Below the pieces are notes generated by a model. It made no database searches, was not told the DNA's origin, and worked only from the letters and a program-made list of their open reading frames with translations. This document shows positions 6,894 to 15,883 of a DNA stretch of 45,969 nucleotides, piece by piece. Numbering within the stretch: the first letter of the stretch is position 1; the number at the start of each line of letters is the position of its first letter. The translations under genes and the position numbers were made by a program. The stretch is from a virus, in IMG/VR virus record IMGVR_UViG_3300048861_000020, positions 1 through 45,969 of that record; one strand, written 5' to 3'.

Positions 6894-7360
6894 GCAAGGT
6901 CATCCTCCGCAAAGACGAGACCGGCAAGCTCGCCGGCCTCGACGAGCGCCACGAGCGCGCGTACAGCCGCTTCCGCAACAAGCTCGGCGAGCTGCAGATC
7001 GGCGAGACGCTCGCCTTCGAGTTCAAGATCCCGCGCGCGCCGCGCTTTCACCGCCTGCACTTCGCGATGCTCGGCGCGTTCTTCGCCGCGCAGGACGTCT
7101 TCGACGACGCCGATCGCATGCGCAAGTGGCTCGAAGTCGGGGCAGGGCACTGCGACTTCGTGCCGGGTCCGGACGGCAATTTCTTCGCGATGCCGAAGTC
7201 CATCGCATACGAGGCGCTCGAAGACTCTGACTTCCGGGAGGTGCACGCGTCCATCAAGCGGTTCCTGCGCACGCCGCAGGCTTACCGCTTCCTCTGGCCG
7301 CATCTCGACGACGCCGGCCGGGAGCAGATGGTCGAGGCGGTCATGCGGGAGTTTGAATGA
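6890..7360 (+). CDS. DUF1367-like phage protein
   Basis: EFKIPRAPRFHRLHFAMLGAFF matches the R-x-x-x-F-H-R-x-F-F-A-L-L core I associate with DUF1367. Confidence 0.7.
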   Translation: MSKVILRKDETGKLAGLDERHERAYSRFRNKLGELQIGETLAFEFKIPRAPRFHRLHFAMLGAFFAAQDVFDDADRMRKWLEVGAGHCDFVPGPDGNFFAMPKSIAYEALEDSDFREVHASIKRFLRTPQAYRFLWPHLDDAGREQMVEAVMREFE

Positions 7361-7635
7361 CCCGCGCCGCTGAAGAACGCCACATCACCCGCGTCAAGGA
7401 ACTGGACTGCGCCGTCTGCGGCGCGTCCGGCCCGAGCGACGCGCACCACATCCTCGAAGGTCGCACGCCGGGACGCAAGAGCCCGAACTTCTGCGTGATC
7501 CCGCTGTGCAAGGACTGCCACCAGGGCAGCTTCAACGGCATCCACGGCCAGCGCCGCATGTGGGAGGTCGTGAAGGTCAGCGAGCTCGACTGTCTGGCCG
7601 CCACCATCGAACGACTATATGGGAGCAAGCGATGA
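7357..7635 (+). CDS. HNH-type nuclease (Ref/DUF968-like)
   Basis: CAVCG...AHHI...CKDCH arrangement of Cys/His ligands. 92 aa. Confidence 0.6.
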   Translation: MTRAAEERHITRVKELDCAVCGASGPSDAHHILEGRTPGRKSPNFCVIPLCKDCHQGSFNGIHGQRRMWEVVKVSELDCLAATIERLYGSKR

Positions 7636-7829
7636 GGCGCGGCGACTACAGAGACCCGGCAATCATCCTCGAGGAACGCGAGGCGCGCACATGCCGCGGC
7701 TGCGTTCACTTCATCGAGCAGCGCCTCTTCGACGTCAGCTACATGGCGTGCAAGCAGGATCGCGCGAAGCACTGGCAGGAACAATGGAAGAGCAAGCGGT
7801 GCAAACAATACGACACGGGAGCGCTATGA
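7632..7829 (+). CDS. hypothetical Cys-containing protein (65 aa)
   Basis: ATGA overlap, GGGAG upstream. Sequence MRRGDYRDPAIILEEREARTCRGCVHF...KRCKQYD. Confidence 0.55.
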   Translation: MRRGDYRDPAIILEEREARTCRGCVHFIEQRLFDVSYMACKQDRAKHWQEQWKSKRCKQYDTGAL

Positions 7830-8254
7830 ACTTCGACACGCTGGAACAACGGCTCGACAACTGGGGGCGCACGGTGCGCATGCCCAAGTTCCAAGACGGT
7901 GTCTGCGCGCAGTGGGCGCGCTTGTATGTGGCGCTGCGCGACGCAACCGACATTCCGGTCACCATCAAACCCGAGGAGCGCGACGGATGGCTGGTCGAGG
8001 CCGCATGGGCGGCAATGCCGAACCACGTGCACAAGTGGGTGCTGAAATACACCTATGTGTGGCGCATGTCACCGGAGCAAGTGCAGACGCGTCTCCGGAA
8101 GAGCCACGGTGCGGTTCTGCGCGGTCGGCACTTTAGCCTGGTGCTCGCGGAGTCGGAAAAATCACTCGCCCAGAGCATCGCGCGCATCCGGGCGTCAGAT
8201 TTCGTGAAAATTCTTCGGACGGATGCTTGTAAACCGCTCGAAACGTTCTTATAA
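7826..8254 (+). CDS. late-gene antiterminator, Q-like
   Basis: MNFDTLEQRLDNWGRTVR... resembles the L..WG.W start of Q-family (PF06530-type) proteins. It is the last gene before a consensus promoter and tandem terminators. Confidence 0.55.
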   Translation: MNFDTLEQRLDNWGRTVRMPKFQDGVCAQWARLYVALRDATDIPVTIKPEERDGWLVEAAWAAMPNHVHKWVLKYTYVWRMSPEQVQTRLRKSHGAVLRGRHFSLVLAESEKSLAQSIARIRASDFVKILRTDACKPLETFL

Positions 8255-8255
8255 T
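8227..8255 (+). promoter_or_regulatory. late promoter (PR' analogue)
   Basis: -35 TTGTAA (8227-8232), 17-nt spacer, -10 TATAAT (8250-8255), overlapping the stop of the Q-like gene. Confidence 0.65.
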
Positions 8256-8327
8256 CGCGCCAGATGACAGAATCCGCCTCGCGCGTGAGCTTTCGCTTCC
8301 CGGTTGGGAGGCGAAGTCGTCTCCAAG

Positions 8328-8351
8328 GCCCGCCACTGAGCGGGCTTTTTT
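8328..8351 (+). terminator. rho-independent terminator (tR' analogue), ends an approximately 90-nt transcript
   Basis: GCCCGC-CACTGA-GCGGGC followed by TTTTTT. An upstream 9-bp hairpin lies at 8292-8315. Confidence 0.8.
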
Positions 8352-8492
8352 GCGTTCTCACGCATGGCGTCTGCCCAAGCAGTGATCGGGCCGGCGATGG
8401 ACAAAACAGCCGCCAGCCGTGAGAGCGAAAGAACACAGCGCGCGCAGCAGCCAGCAAGCCGGAGATCGGCACCGGCCGCTCTCGCCATCCCA

Positions 8493-8514
8493 GCCCGCAC
8501 GCCGCGGGCGTTTT
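8493..8514 (+). terminator. second intrinsic terminator before the first late gene
   Basis: GCCCGC-ACGCC-GCGGGC followed by GTTTTCGTTTC. Confidence 0.55.
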
Positions 8515-8531
8515 CGTTTCTGGAGCATCAA

Positions 8532-8885
8532 ATGACTTTTCGCGTAGACCTCACCGTCAGCTCGGGCACCGATCCCGTCGCATCGCCGACCGGCCTCGGC
8601 TCGGGCGCAACCCGCTTCTCGATCGTCGACGCCAATGGCGCGATCGTTCAGACGCAAGACGTCAACGGCAACTCCGCATCGTTCACCGGCCTCGCCGACG
8701 GCACCTTCACGGCAACCGCGCAACTGCTCGATACGGCAGGCGCAGTGCTGGGCGATGCTGTGTCGACCACGTTCGTCGACGGCAACGAAGTGCCGGCAGA
8801 TCCGGGCCAAGGTGACGGCAGCCAGCCGTCGAGCGCGACGTACATCCCGCTCGCCTCGCTCAGCGCGACCGTGACGCCGGAGTGA
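8532..8885 (+). CDS. hypothetical beta-rich protein (117 aa), first late ORF
   Basis: GGAG 8 nt upstream of ATG 8532. This is the C-terminal part of track ORF 8364..8885. Confidence 0.65.
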   Translation: MTFRVDLTVSSGTDPVASPTGLGSGATRFSIVDANGAIVQTQDVNGNSASFTGLADGTFTATAQLLDTAGAVLGDAVSTTFVDGNEVPADPGQGDGSQPSSATYIPLASLSATVTPE

Positions 8886-8890
8886 CGGCC

Positions 8891-9094
8891 ATGCCGGAAA
8901 CCTATCGGCCGCTCAAGGCCATTTCCGGCACCGTGACCGAGGAGCCGCAGTTCTGCGCTCCTCCACCGCACCGTCATCATCATCCCGGACATGTTCTCGT
9001 TGAGGAATTGTTCGGGCGGCTCGTCCGCTTCGGTGCGCACGCGGACGTAGAGATCGTCATGCTGATTAACCGGATCAAGTCCGAATTCAAGTAA
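8891..9094 (+). CDS. doubtful ORF (67 aa, His/Pro-rich)
   Basis: Only moderate GC3 bias. A terminator follows. Kept at low confidence. Confidence 0.3.
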   Translation: MPETYRPLKAISGTVTEEPQFCAPPPHRHHHPGHVLVEELFGRLVRFGAHADVEIVMLINRIKSEFK

Positions 9095-9130
9095 TCCCGG
9101 TGTCTCCTTCAACCTCTTGTGTGGGGTTCG

Positions 9131-9168
9131 CGCCCGCGGCTCTCCTCGTGTCGCGGGCGTTTCTTTTT
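9131..9168 (+). terminator. rho-independent terminator
   Basis: 8-bp stem CGCCCGCG/CGCGGGCG, 13-nt loop, then TTTCTTTTT. Confidence 0.65.
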
Positions 9169-9182
9169 CGAGAGTGACCATC

Positions 9183-9376
9183 ATGTCGCAGGCATCCCTG
9201 CATAGAGTCCTCGACGAGAAAGCCGCCGTGGACGAGAAGATTCGGGAGTTGGGGACGTTCCTCAATTCGCCGGAAGCGAACAAGGTCAACACGGCTGAGC
9301 GGTATTGGTGGTCGACCAACTGAAGGCGATGCGCAGGTATTCCAACGCGCTCGCCAAGCGCATCGAAACGTATTGA
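9183..9376 (+). pseudogene. small coiled-coil ORF interrupted by a frame change (frame A 9183-9323; frame -1 9299-9376)
   Basis: Both pieces have strong GC3 bias. A 1-nt change near 9299-9310 would give one 64-aa product: MSQASLHRVLDEKAAVDEKIRELGTFLNSPEANKVNTAER..VVDQLKAMRRYSNALAKRIETY. Confidence 0.45.
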
Positions 9377-9389
9377 CGGAAGCACAGCC

Positions 9390-10625
9390 TTGATTCAGCC
9401 AGACCTTGAAATCGCGTACTTGCCGCTGGAGGACTTGATCCCCTACGCGCGCAACAGCCGCACGCACGACGACGCCCAAGTGGCGCAGATCGCGGCGAGC
9501 ATTAAGGAATTCGGCTTTACGAACCCGATCCTGATCGACGAGGAAGGCGGAATCATCGCAGGGCACGGGCGCGTCATGGCGGCCCGCAAGCTGTCTCTCG
9601 AACACGTGCCAACGATCACCCTGGCCGGCCTGACGGAAACGCAGCGCAAGGCGTACGTGATCGCAGACAACAAGCTCGCGCTCAATTCCGGATGGGATGA
9701 CGCGATGCTCAAACTTGAGCTCGACGAGCTGATCGAGGCCGGCTTCGATATTTCGCTGACCGGCTTCACGGAAGAAGAGATCGGGGAACTGGACGTCGAG
9801 CTGGAGGAAATCGAGGCGGCAAAAGGGGAAGACGAAATCCCCGAAATGCCGGAAGACCCGATCACGAAGCTCGGGGACGTCTGGTTGCTAGGAAAACACC
9901 GTCTGATGTGCGGAGACTCGACCAGCGTCGACTCCTTCGCCACGCTGATGGGCGGTGTCGAGGCGGACATGATCTTCACCGATCCGCCTTATGGCATGAG
10001 CTACGACGGCGGCCGGAGCAAAAAAGGCTTTGGCATGATCAAGAACGATGATGCCCAAGGTGCTGATCTAGTCGCGCTCGTGCGTGACGCGCTGCTGTCC
10101 GCTCGAACGCACTGTAAAGACGGTGCTGCAGGTTATGTGTGCTTCCCGTGGCGTACCTATTCCGAGTTTGAAGGCGCGATGGTGTCCATCGGCATGGACA
10201 TTACGTCCTGCATCGTTTGGAACAAGGGAAGCGTCGGCCTCGGACATCAGGAGTACCGCCCGCAGCACGAATTCATCTTCTACAGCAAGGGCGGTGCATG
10301 GTATGGCGACCGCAGCCAGTCCGACGTGTGGACGCTGTCGCGCGGTAATACCGGCGCCTATGTACATCCGACGCAGAAGCCGGTTGAGTTGATCGAGATA
10401 GCGTTGACCAACAGCAGCAAGAAGGGCGACGTGGTTATCGACTGCTTTGGCGGTTCGGGCTCAACGATGATCGGCTGCGAAAAGACTGGCCGGGCTGCCC
10501 GTCTGATGGAACTGGACCCGAAATGTTGCGACGTGATCGTCAAGCGGTGGCAGGAATTCACCGGCAAGACGGCCACGCTCGAAAGCGACGGGCGAACATT
10601 CGCAGAGGTAGGCGGTGGCAACTGA
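9390..10625 (+). CDS. ParB-like nuclease domain fused to an N6-adenine/N4-cytosine DNA methyltransferase
   Basis: N-terminal ParBc-like PYARNSRTHDD...IIAGHGRVMAA. MTase motifs FTDPPYG and HPTQKPVELIE...DCFGGSGST. TTG start. Confidence 0.9.
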   Translation: MIQPDLEIAYLPLEDLIPYARNSRTHDDAQVAQIAASIKEFGFTNPILIDEEGGIIAGHGRVMAARKLSLEHVPTITLAGLTETQRKAYVIADNKLALNSGWDDAMLKLELDELIEAGFDISLTGFTEEEIGELDVELEEIEAAKGEDEIPEMPEDPITKLGDVWLLGKHRLMCGDSTSVDSFATLMGGVEADMIFTDPPYGMSYDGGRSKKGFGMIKNDDAQGADLVALVRDALLSARTHCKDGAAGYVCFPWRTYSEFEGAMVSIGMDITSCIVWNKGSVGLGHQEYRPQHEFIFYSKGGAWYGDRSQSDVWTLSRGNTGAYVHPTQKPVELIEIALTNSSKKGDVVIDCFGGSGSTMIGCEKTGRAARLMELDPKCCDVIVKRWQEFTGKTATLESDGRTFAEVGGGN

Positions 10626-11064
10626 CTGGACCAAGCTGCGTGTTGAGTACGTCACGAGCAGCGTCACGCTACGCGATCTGGCGGCGAAGCACGGCGTCAA
10701 GCCTGCGGGCGTGATGCGTCGCGCGGCTAAGGAAGGATGGGAAGCAGAACGTAAGCAAGAGTCAGCAAAAGTAAGCAAGGTCGTTTTAGAGACCTCGGCG
10801 ACGGACAGAGCGGCAGAGCTGGAAAAATTCAACGCTGACGACCTGAAGATGGCGCGCGCCATTCGTGCGAAAGCCGCCTCGATGATGGGGTCGGCAAGTA
10901 CGCCGCAAGATCTTAGCGCGCTGGCCCGCGCCGTTGAAACGGCCCAGAAGGTCGGACGCTTATCTTTGGGGGCAACGACGGACAACACGGGCATCAGCGC
11001 GCCCGGCGGCGGTCCTGTCGGGCTGGATCATTTCTATGGAGATGTCGAAGAAGGCGACGCTTAA
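10615..11064 (+). CDS. terS: terminase small subunit (putative)
   Basis: GTG at 10615 follows GAGG. HTH-like VTLRDLAAKHGVKPAGVMRRAAKEGW. Position immediately upstream of TerL. Confidence 0.65.
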   Translation: MATDWTKLRVEYVTSSVTLRDLAAKHGVKPAGVMRRAAKEGWEAERKQESAKVSKVVLETSATDRAAELEKFNADDLKMARAIRAKAASMMGSASTPQDLSALARAVETAQKVGRLSLGATTDNTGISAPGGGPVGLDHFYGDVEEGDA

Positions 11065-12427
11065 TCCGGCGCTGCGCCCGTTCTGGAAGCAACCGGCCCG
11101 CAATCGCGTGCTGCACGGCGGCCGGGCTTCGTCGAAGTCGTGGGATGCGGCGGGGTTCGCGATCTTCCTCGCGAACACCTATACGGTCCGCTTTCTCTGC
11201 GCGCGGCAGTTCCAGAACAAGATCGCTGAGTCGGTCTACTCGCTGCTCAAGATCCAGATCGCGCGCTTCGGGCTGTCGCATCGGTTCGACATTCAGCGCG
11301 ACAAGATCATCAATCGCGCGACCGGAAGCGAGTTCCTGTTCTACGGTCTCTGGCGCTCGATTGACGAAATCAAGTCGCTGGAAGGTATCGACATCTGCTG
11401 GATCGAAGAGGCGCACAACCTCACCGAGGAGCAGTGGGAAGTCCTGAACCCGACGCTGCGCAAGGCTGGTTCGCAGTTCTGGATCATCTTCAATCCGCGT
11501 CTGTCGACGGACTTCGTTTACAAGCGCTTTGTAAAGAATCCGCCGCCGCGCACTGTCGTGCGGCAGATCAATTACACCGAGAACCCGTTTCTCTCCAGCA
11601 CGATGCTGGAGATCATCGAGGCGGCGAAGGAAGAGGATTACCAGACCTACGAGCACATCTATCTGGGTGTGCCGCGCGACGACGACGATGACGCGATCAT
11701 CAAGCGGTCGTGGATCATGGCGGCCGTCGATGCGCATCTGCAGCTCGGCATCGAACCGTCTGGCGCCAAGCGCATCGGCTTCGACGTGGCCGACAGCGGC
11801 TCGGACAAGTGCGCGGCGGTCTACGCGCACGGCTCCATCGTCAGCTGGCTGGATGAATGGAAGGCCGGCGAGGATGAGCTTCTGAAAAGCTGCTCGCGCA
11901 CGTACTCCGCAGCGGCATCGCGCGGCGCGTCGATTACCTACGACTCGATTGGCGTGGGCGCAGGCTGCGGCGCGAAGTTCGGCGAGATCAATGAAGAGCG
12001 CCGCGCCGCGGGCGAGATCTCCGAAGTGAATTACGACAAGTTCAATGCCGGCGCTCAGGTATGGGAGCCGGACCGGAAGTACCAGCCGCACATCACGAAC
12101 AAAGACATGTTCTCGAACATCAAGGCGCAAGCCTGGTGGATGCTGGCTGACCGCTTCCGAAACACGTTTAACGCTGTGCGCCGCGGCGAGAAGTTCGCGG
12201 ACGACCAGCTCATCAGCATTTCCAGCGATACACCGCATCTCGACCGGCTGATTGACGAATTGTCGACGCCGAAGCGCGACTACGACCAGAACGGGCGAGT
12301 CAAGGTCGAGAGCAAAAAGGATCTCGCCAAGCGTGAAATCGCCTCGCCGAACCTCGCAGACGCCTTCGTCATGTGCTTCGCGCCCGGTGCGCGCGCGCTT
12401 GACGTGTGGGCCAGCCTAGCCGACTAG
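11036..12427 (+). CDS. terL: terminase large subunit (PBSX/Terminase_3-like)
   Basis: Walker-A-like HGGRASSKSW, then LCARQFQNKIAES, CWIEEAH. The track ORF is trimmed to ATG 11036. Confidence 0.9.
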   Translation: MEMSKKATLNPALRPFWKQPARNRVLHGGRASSKSWDAAGFAIFLANTYTVRFLCARQFQNKIAESVYSLLKIQIARFGLSHRFDIQRDKIINRATGSEFLFYGLWRSIDEIKSLEGIDICWIEEAHNLTEEQWEVLNPTLRKAGSQFWIIFNPRLSTDFVYKRFVKNPPPRTVVRQINYTENPFLSSTMLEIIEAAKEEDYQTYEHIYLGVPRDDDDDAIIKRSWIMAAVDAHLQLGIEPSGAKRIGFDVADSGSDKCAAVYAHGSIVSWLDEWKAGEDELLKSCSRTYSAAASRGASITYDSIGVGAGCGAKFGEINEERRAAGEISEVNYDKFNAGAQVWEPDRKYQPHITNKDMFSNIKAQAWWMLADRFRNTFNAVRRGEKFADDQLISISSDTPHLDRLIDELSTPKRDYDQNGRVKVESKKDLAKREIASPNLADAFVMCFAPGARALDVWASLAD

Positions 12428-12435
12428 ACATTCAG

Positions 12436-13893
12436 ATGACACGAAAGCGAGCAACCTCTACCGCGAGCAAGCCGGCCGCCGGCGCACGCGCGCAGGCTGG
12501 AGACAGCTTCGCCAACTTCGAAGCACGTGTCGGCGTTGGAACGGGCAACCAGTCGAGCAGTTCGTCGTATCAGTTCGACTTCATCAGCCGCAACCGCATC
12601 AAGCTCGAAGCGATGTATCGCTCGTCTTGGATCGTCGGCCAGGCGGTGGACGTCGTCGCTGAGGACATGACGCGCGCCGGGATCGAAATCACCGGTGACG
12701 ACGTCGATCCAGACGACAAGGAGCGCGTCTACAAGGCACTCCAGCGGCTCGGCATCTGGGACAAGATCGCGGACACGATCAAGTGGGGCCGCCTGTATGG
12801 TGGCGCTCTCGGCGTGCTGCTGATCGACGGCCAGAAGATGGACACGCCGCTGCGTCCGGAGACGGTGAGCAAAGGCCAGTTCAAGGGCATCTACGTCCTC
12901 GACCGCTGGATGTGCCAGCCGTCGCTGACCGAGAAGGTGTCGGACTTCGGGCCGCACTTCGGCGAGCCGCTGAATTACACGGTGATGACTAGCCAGACGC
13001 CGCTCGACGGCAAGGTCATCCACTATTCGCGCGTCGTGCGCATCGATGGCGTTGACCTGCCGTACCAGCAGCGCTTTAGCGAGCAAGGCTGGGGGCAGTC
13101 GGTCATCGAGCGCCTGTACGACCGGCTCGTTGCATTCGACAGCACCACGCAAGGCGTTGCACAGCTCGTCTACAAAGCGCATCTGCGCACGCTGAAGGTC
13201 AAGGATTTGCGCGGCATCCTCGCCGCTGGCGGGCCGGCCGAACGCGCGCTGCTGCGTAACGTCGACTTCATCCGGCGCTTTCAGTCGAACGAAGGTCTGA
13301 CGCTGATCGACGCCGAAGACGATTTTGACGCGCATCAGTTCACGTTCTCGGGACTGGACAACGTGCTGCTGCAGTTCGGCCAGCAGTTGTCTGGCGCGCT
13401 GCAGATTCCGCTCGTTCGCCTCTTCGGGCAGTCGCCGGCTGGCTTGAATGCCACCGGCGAATCCGATCTGGCGATGTACCACGACAACATCAAGCAGCAG
13501 CAGGAGCGGCGCCTTCGTAGTCCGTTCGACGTGATCCTTGATCTGACGTGGCGCTCGGAGCTCGGCAGCGAGCCGCCGGAGGATCTGGCGCACGAGTTTC
13601 GCTCGCTCGAGCAGATGTCGGACACCGAGAAAGCCGATGTGGCTGACAAGGTCGCGGATGCTGTCGGGAAGGCCTTTGACTTGCAGGCAATCGACCGCGC
13701 CACGGCCATGAAGGAACTGCGCGGCTCCAGCCACGCGACCGGCATCTTCAGCAACATCACCGACAAGATGATCGCCGACGCAGAGAACGATCCGCCGCCT
13801 GTTTTGGACATGCCCAATGCTGATGACACGAACAACGGACCGGGAGCGCAAGCGCAACCGGAACCGGGAGGCGGTCAAAACGCGGCGGGTTGA
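12436..13893 (+). CDS. portal protein (DUF1073-like)
   Basis: Size and position after TerL. FISRNRIKLEAMYRSSWIVGQAVDVVAEDMTRAGIEI. Confidence 0.85.
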   Translation: MTRKRATSTASKPAAGARAQAGDSFANFEARVGVGTGNQSSSSSYQFDFISRNRIKLEAMYRSSWIVGQAVDVVAEDMTRAGIEITGDDVDPDDKERVYKALQRLGIWDKIADTIKWGRLYGGALGVLLIDGQKMDTPLRPETVSKGQFKGIYVLDRWMCQPSLTEKVSDFGPHFGEPLNYTVMTSQTPLDGKVIHYSRVVRIDGVDLPYQQRFSEQGWGQSVIERLYDRLVAFDSTTQGVAQLVYKAHLRTLKVKDLRGILAAGGPAERALLRNVDFIRRFQSNEGLTLIDAEDDFDAHQFTFSGLDNVLLQFGQQLSGALQIPLVRLFGQSPAGLNATGESDLAMYHDNIKQQQERRLRSPFDVILDLTWRSELGSEPPEDLAHEFRSLEQMSDTEKADVADKVADAVGKAFDLQAIDRATAMKELRGSSHATGIFSNITDKMIADAENDPPPVLDMPNADDTNNGPGAQAQPEPGGGQNAAG

Positions 13894-14578
13894 ACTGACC
13901 TACGCCGGCCAGTTGCGCAAGGTCGCGCAGCAGGTCGGCATGATCATCGACGGCTTTCCGCCTGGTGATCCAGCGTCGGTCCCGACGATCACCGATCTGC
14001 TGGCCAAGTACGCCGAGGTGTTGATCCCTTGGGCGACGGCGACCGCCTCGAAGATGCTCGGCGAGGTGAACGCCCGCGACGAGCAGGCGTGGTTCGCACA
14101 CGCCAATGAGATGTCGCGCGCGCTGCGCGAAGAGATCCGCTCTGCTCCTACCGGCGCGCTGATGCAGGCGCTGCTGGCCGAACAGGTGACGCTGATTAAG
14201 AGCCTGCCGCTCGAGGCCGCCAAGCGCGTGCATGACCTGACGCTGGCCGGCATCGAAGACGGAACCCGGGCGAAAGAGATCGCGAAGGAAATTGCCCGGT
14301 CCGGCGAAGTGAGCATGGGCCGAGCGAATCTGATCGCGCGCACGGAAGTCGCACGGACAGCGTCGAAGCTGACCGAAGCGCGCGCCGTGCACCTCGGCAG
14401 CGACGGTTATATCTGGCGCACGTCGAAAGACTCAGACGTCCGCCACTCGCACAAAGAGATGGAAGGCAAGTACGTCCGATGGGACACGCCTCCGAAGCTA
14501 TCAGACGGCACGGTGACGCACGCGGGGCAGATATACAACTGCCGGTGCTATCCCGAGCCGGTCATTCCGGACGCATGA
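13817..14578 (+). CDS. head morphogenesis protein (Mu F / SPP1 gp7 family)
   Basis: ARTEVARTAS...DSDVRHSHKEMEGK...YNCRCYPEP is the family signature. The start is uncertain and overlaps the portal end. Confidence 0.85.
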   Translation: MLMTRTTDRERKRNRNREAVKTRRVELTYAGQLRKVAQQVGMIIDGFPPGDPASVPTITDLLAKYAEVLIPWATATASKMLGEVNARDEQAWFAHANEMSRALREEIRSAPTGALMQALLAEQVTLIKSLPLEAAKRVHDLTLAGIEDGTRAKEIAKEIARSGEVSMGRANLIARTEVARTASKLTEARAVHLGSDGYIWRTSKDSDVRHSHKEMEGKYVRWDTPPKLSDGTVTHAGQIYNCRCYPEPVIPDA

Positions 14579-14579
14579 C

Positions 14580-15869
14580 ATGAAGTTCTACGCCACACAG
14601 CAGCTCGGGCCGAAGCGCTCGATGACGCCGGAGGGGTATCTCGTCTGCAAGGACGTCCCCGTCGCGCGTACCGGCGACATGACCTACGCGCCCGGCGAAG
14701 TCCCGATCGAGCCCGGTCCCGACGGTTTGATTCACATCACGCGCGACGCGACCGAGGTGTTTCACCCGGACACGCTGGCGAGCTGCGAAGGCAAGCCGGT
14801 CACGGTCAATCACCCGTCGCAGTTCGTTACGCCCGCCAATTTCAAGACGCTGTCCGCCGGAATGATGGTGAACGTGCGGCGCGGCGACGGGCTCGATGCC
14901 GACCTGATGCTCGCCGATCTGATGATCACGACGCAGGAAGGCATAGACGCGGTCCTCAAGGATGGCGTCGAACAGGTTTCGCTCGGCTATGACGCCGACT
15001 ATCAACAGGTTTCACCCGGCCGCGGGGTTCAGCGCGGAATTTTAGTCAACCATGTGGCGCTGGTTCCCCGCGGCCGATGCGGTCCGCGCTGCGAAATTGG
15101 AGATGAGGATACGGTTATGCCGAACCTTGCAAAGAAGCAAAGCTGGCTCGATAGCCTCAAGGCTCTCGTGAAAGACGCGGAAGCCGAAACCGAGACTGAA
15201 GCCGAGAAGGAAGCGCGGCTGAAGAAGGAAAAGGAAGAAGCCGACGAGAAGGAAAAGGCGAAGACCGGCGACGCGCTGGCGCTGATCCTGCAAAAGCTCA
15301 CCACGATGGATGAGGAACTGCAGGAACTGAAGAAGGCGAAGGCCGACGACGAAGAGTCCGAGGAAGAGAAGGAAAAGAAGAAGACGGACGACGAAGTCGC
15401 GGCGGCTGCCGAAGCGGCGAAGAACGGCGTCATCTCCGAAGAAGACGTCCTTCTCTATACCGGCGACAGCGCGGCGCTCATCCCCGCACGTGCCGAAATC
15501 CTCGCTCCTGGCGTTCGCCTGCCGACGCTCGACGCGGCCAAGGCCAGCGCGAAAGACACCGCTGCTCACCTGTGTGGCTGCCAGCGCCGCGCGCTCGCCG
15601 CTGCGCACAAAACGGACGACGGCAAGGCAGTGCTCAAGCCGTTCGTCGGTGCCAGCACCGTGGACTTCGAGAAGATGCCTCCGGTGGCCGTGAACGCAAT
15701 CTTCACGAGCGCGGCCGAGGCCATGCGCGCGCGCAACAACGCGAGCGGCGGCAAAGGTACGACCGTTGACCTCAAGCCCATTATGGGCAAGACGAGCGTC
15801 ACCGATTCCATTCGCAAAATGCAGGAAGCTGCAAACAATATGTGGGCCGGCGCGGTCCACTCCAAATAA
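14580..15869 (+). CDS. scaffold / prohead-protease-like protein (DUF2213-like) with an E/K-rich central tract
   Basis: N-terminal GYLVCKDVPVARTGDMTY...VTVNHP. The E/K tract lies at about 15170-15400. Position before decoration and capsid genes. Confidence 0.7.
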   Translation: MKFYATQQLGPKRSMTPEGYLVCKDVPVARTGDMTYAPGEVPIEPGPDGLIHITRDATEVFHPDTLASCEGKPVTVNHPSQFVTPANFKTLSAGMMVNVRRGDGLDADLMLADLMITTQEGIDAVLKDGVEQVSLGYDADYQQVSPGRGVQRGILVNHVALVPRGRCGPRCEIGDEDTVMPNLAKKQSWLDSLKALVKDAEAETETEAEKEARLKKEKEEADEKEKAKTGDALALILQKLTTMDEELQELKKAKADDEESEEEKEKKKTDDEVAAAAEAAKNGVISEEDVLLYTGDSAALIPARAEILAPGVRLPTLDAAKASAKDTAAHLCGCQRRALAAAHKTDDGKAVLKPFVGASTVDFEKMPPVAVNAIFTSAAEAMRARNNASGGKGTTVDLKPIMGKTSVTDSIRKMQEAANNMWAGAVHSK

Positions 15870-15883
15870 GGAGCCTTTAGGAC

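Noticed and set aside
8648-9385. 245-aa minus-strand ORF spanning the first late genes
   Set aside because: It is antisense to ORFs with better GC3 bias, crosses a plus-strand terminator, and has no start context.
10994-13878. 414-aa and 484-aa minus-strand ORFs
   Set aside because: They are antisense shadows of the large terminase and portal genes. They are Arg-rich, lack SD-start context, and the sense frames carry clear family motifs.
15170-15400. GAA/AAG-rich repetitive DNA
   Set aside because: It is in-frame, low-complexity E/K coding sequence of the scaffold protein, not a tandem repeat array or CRISPR.
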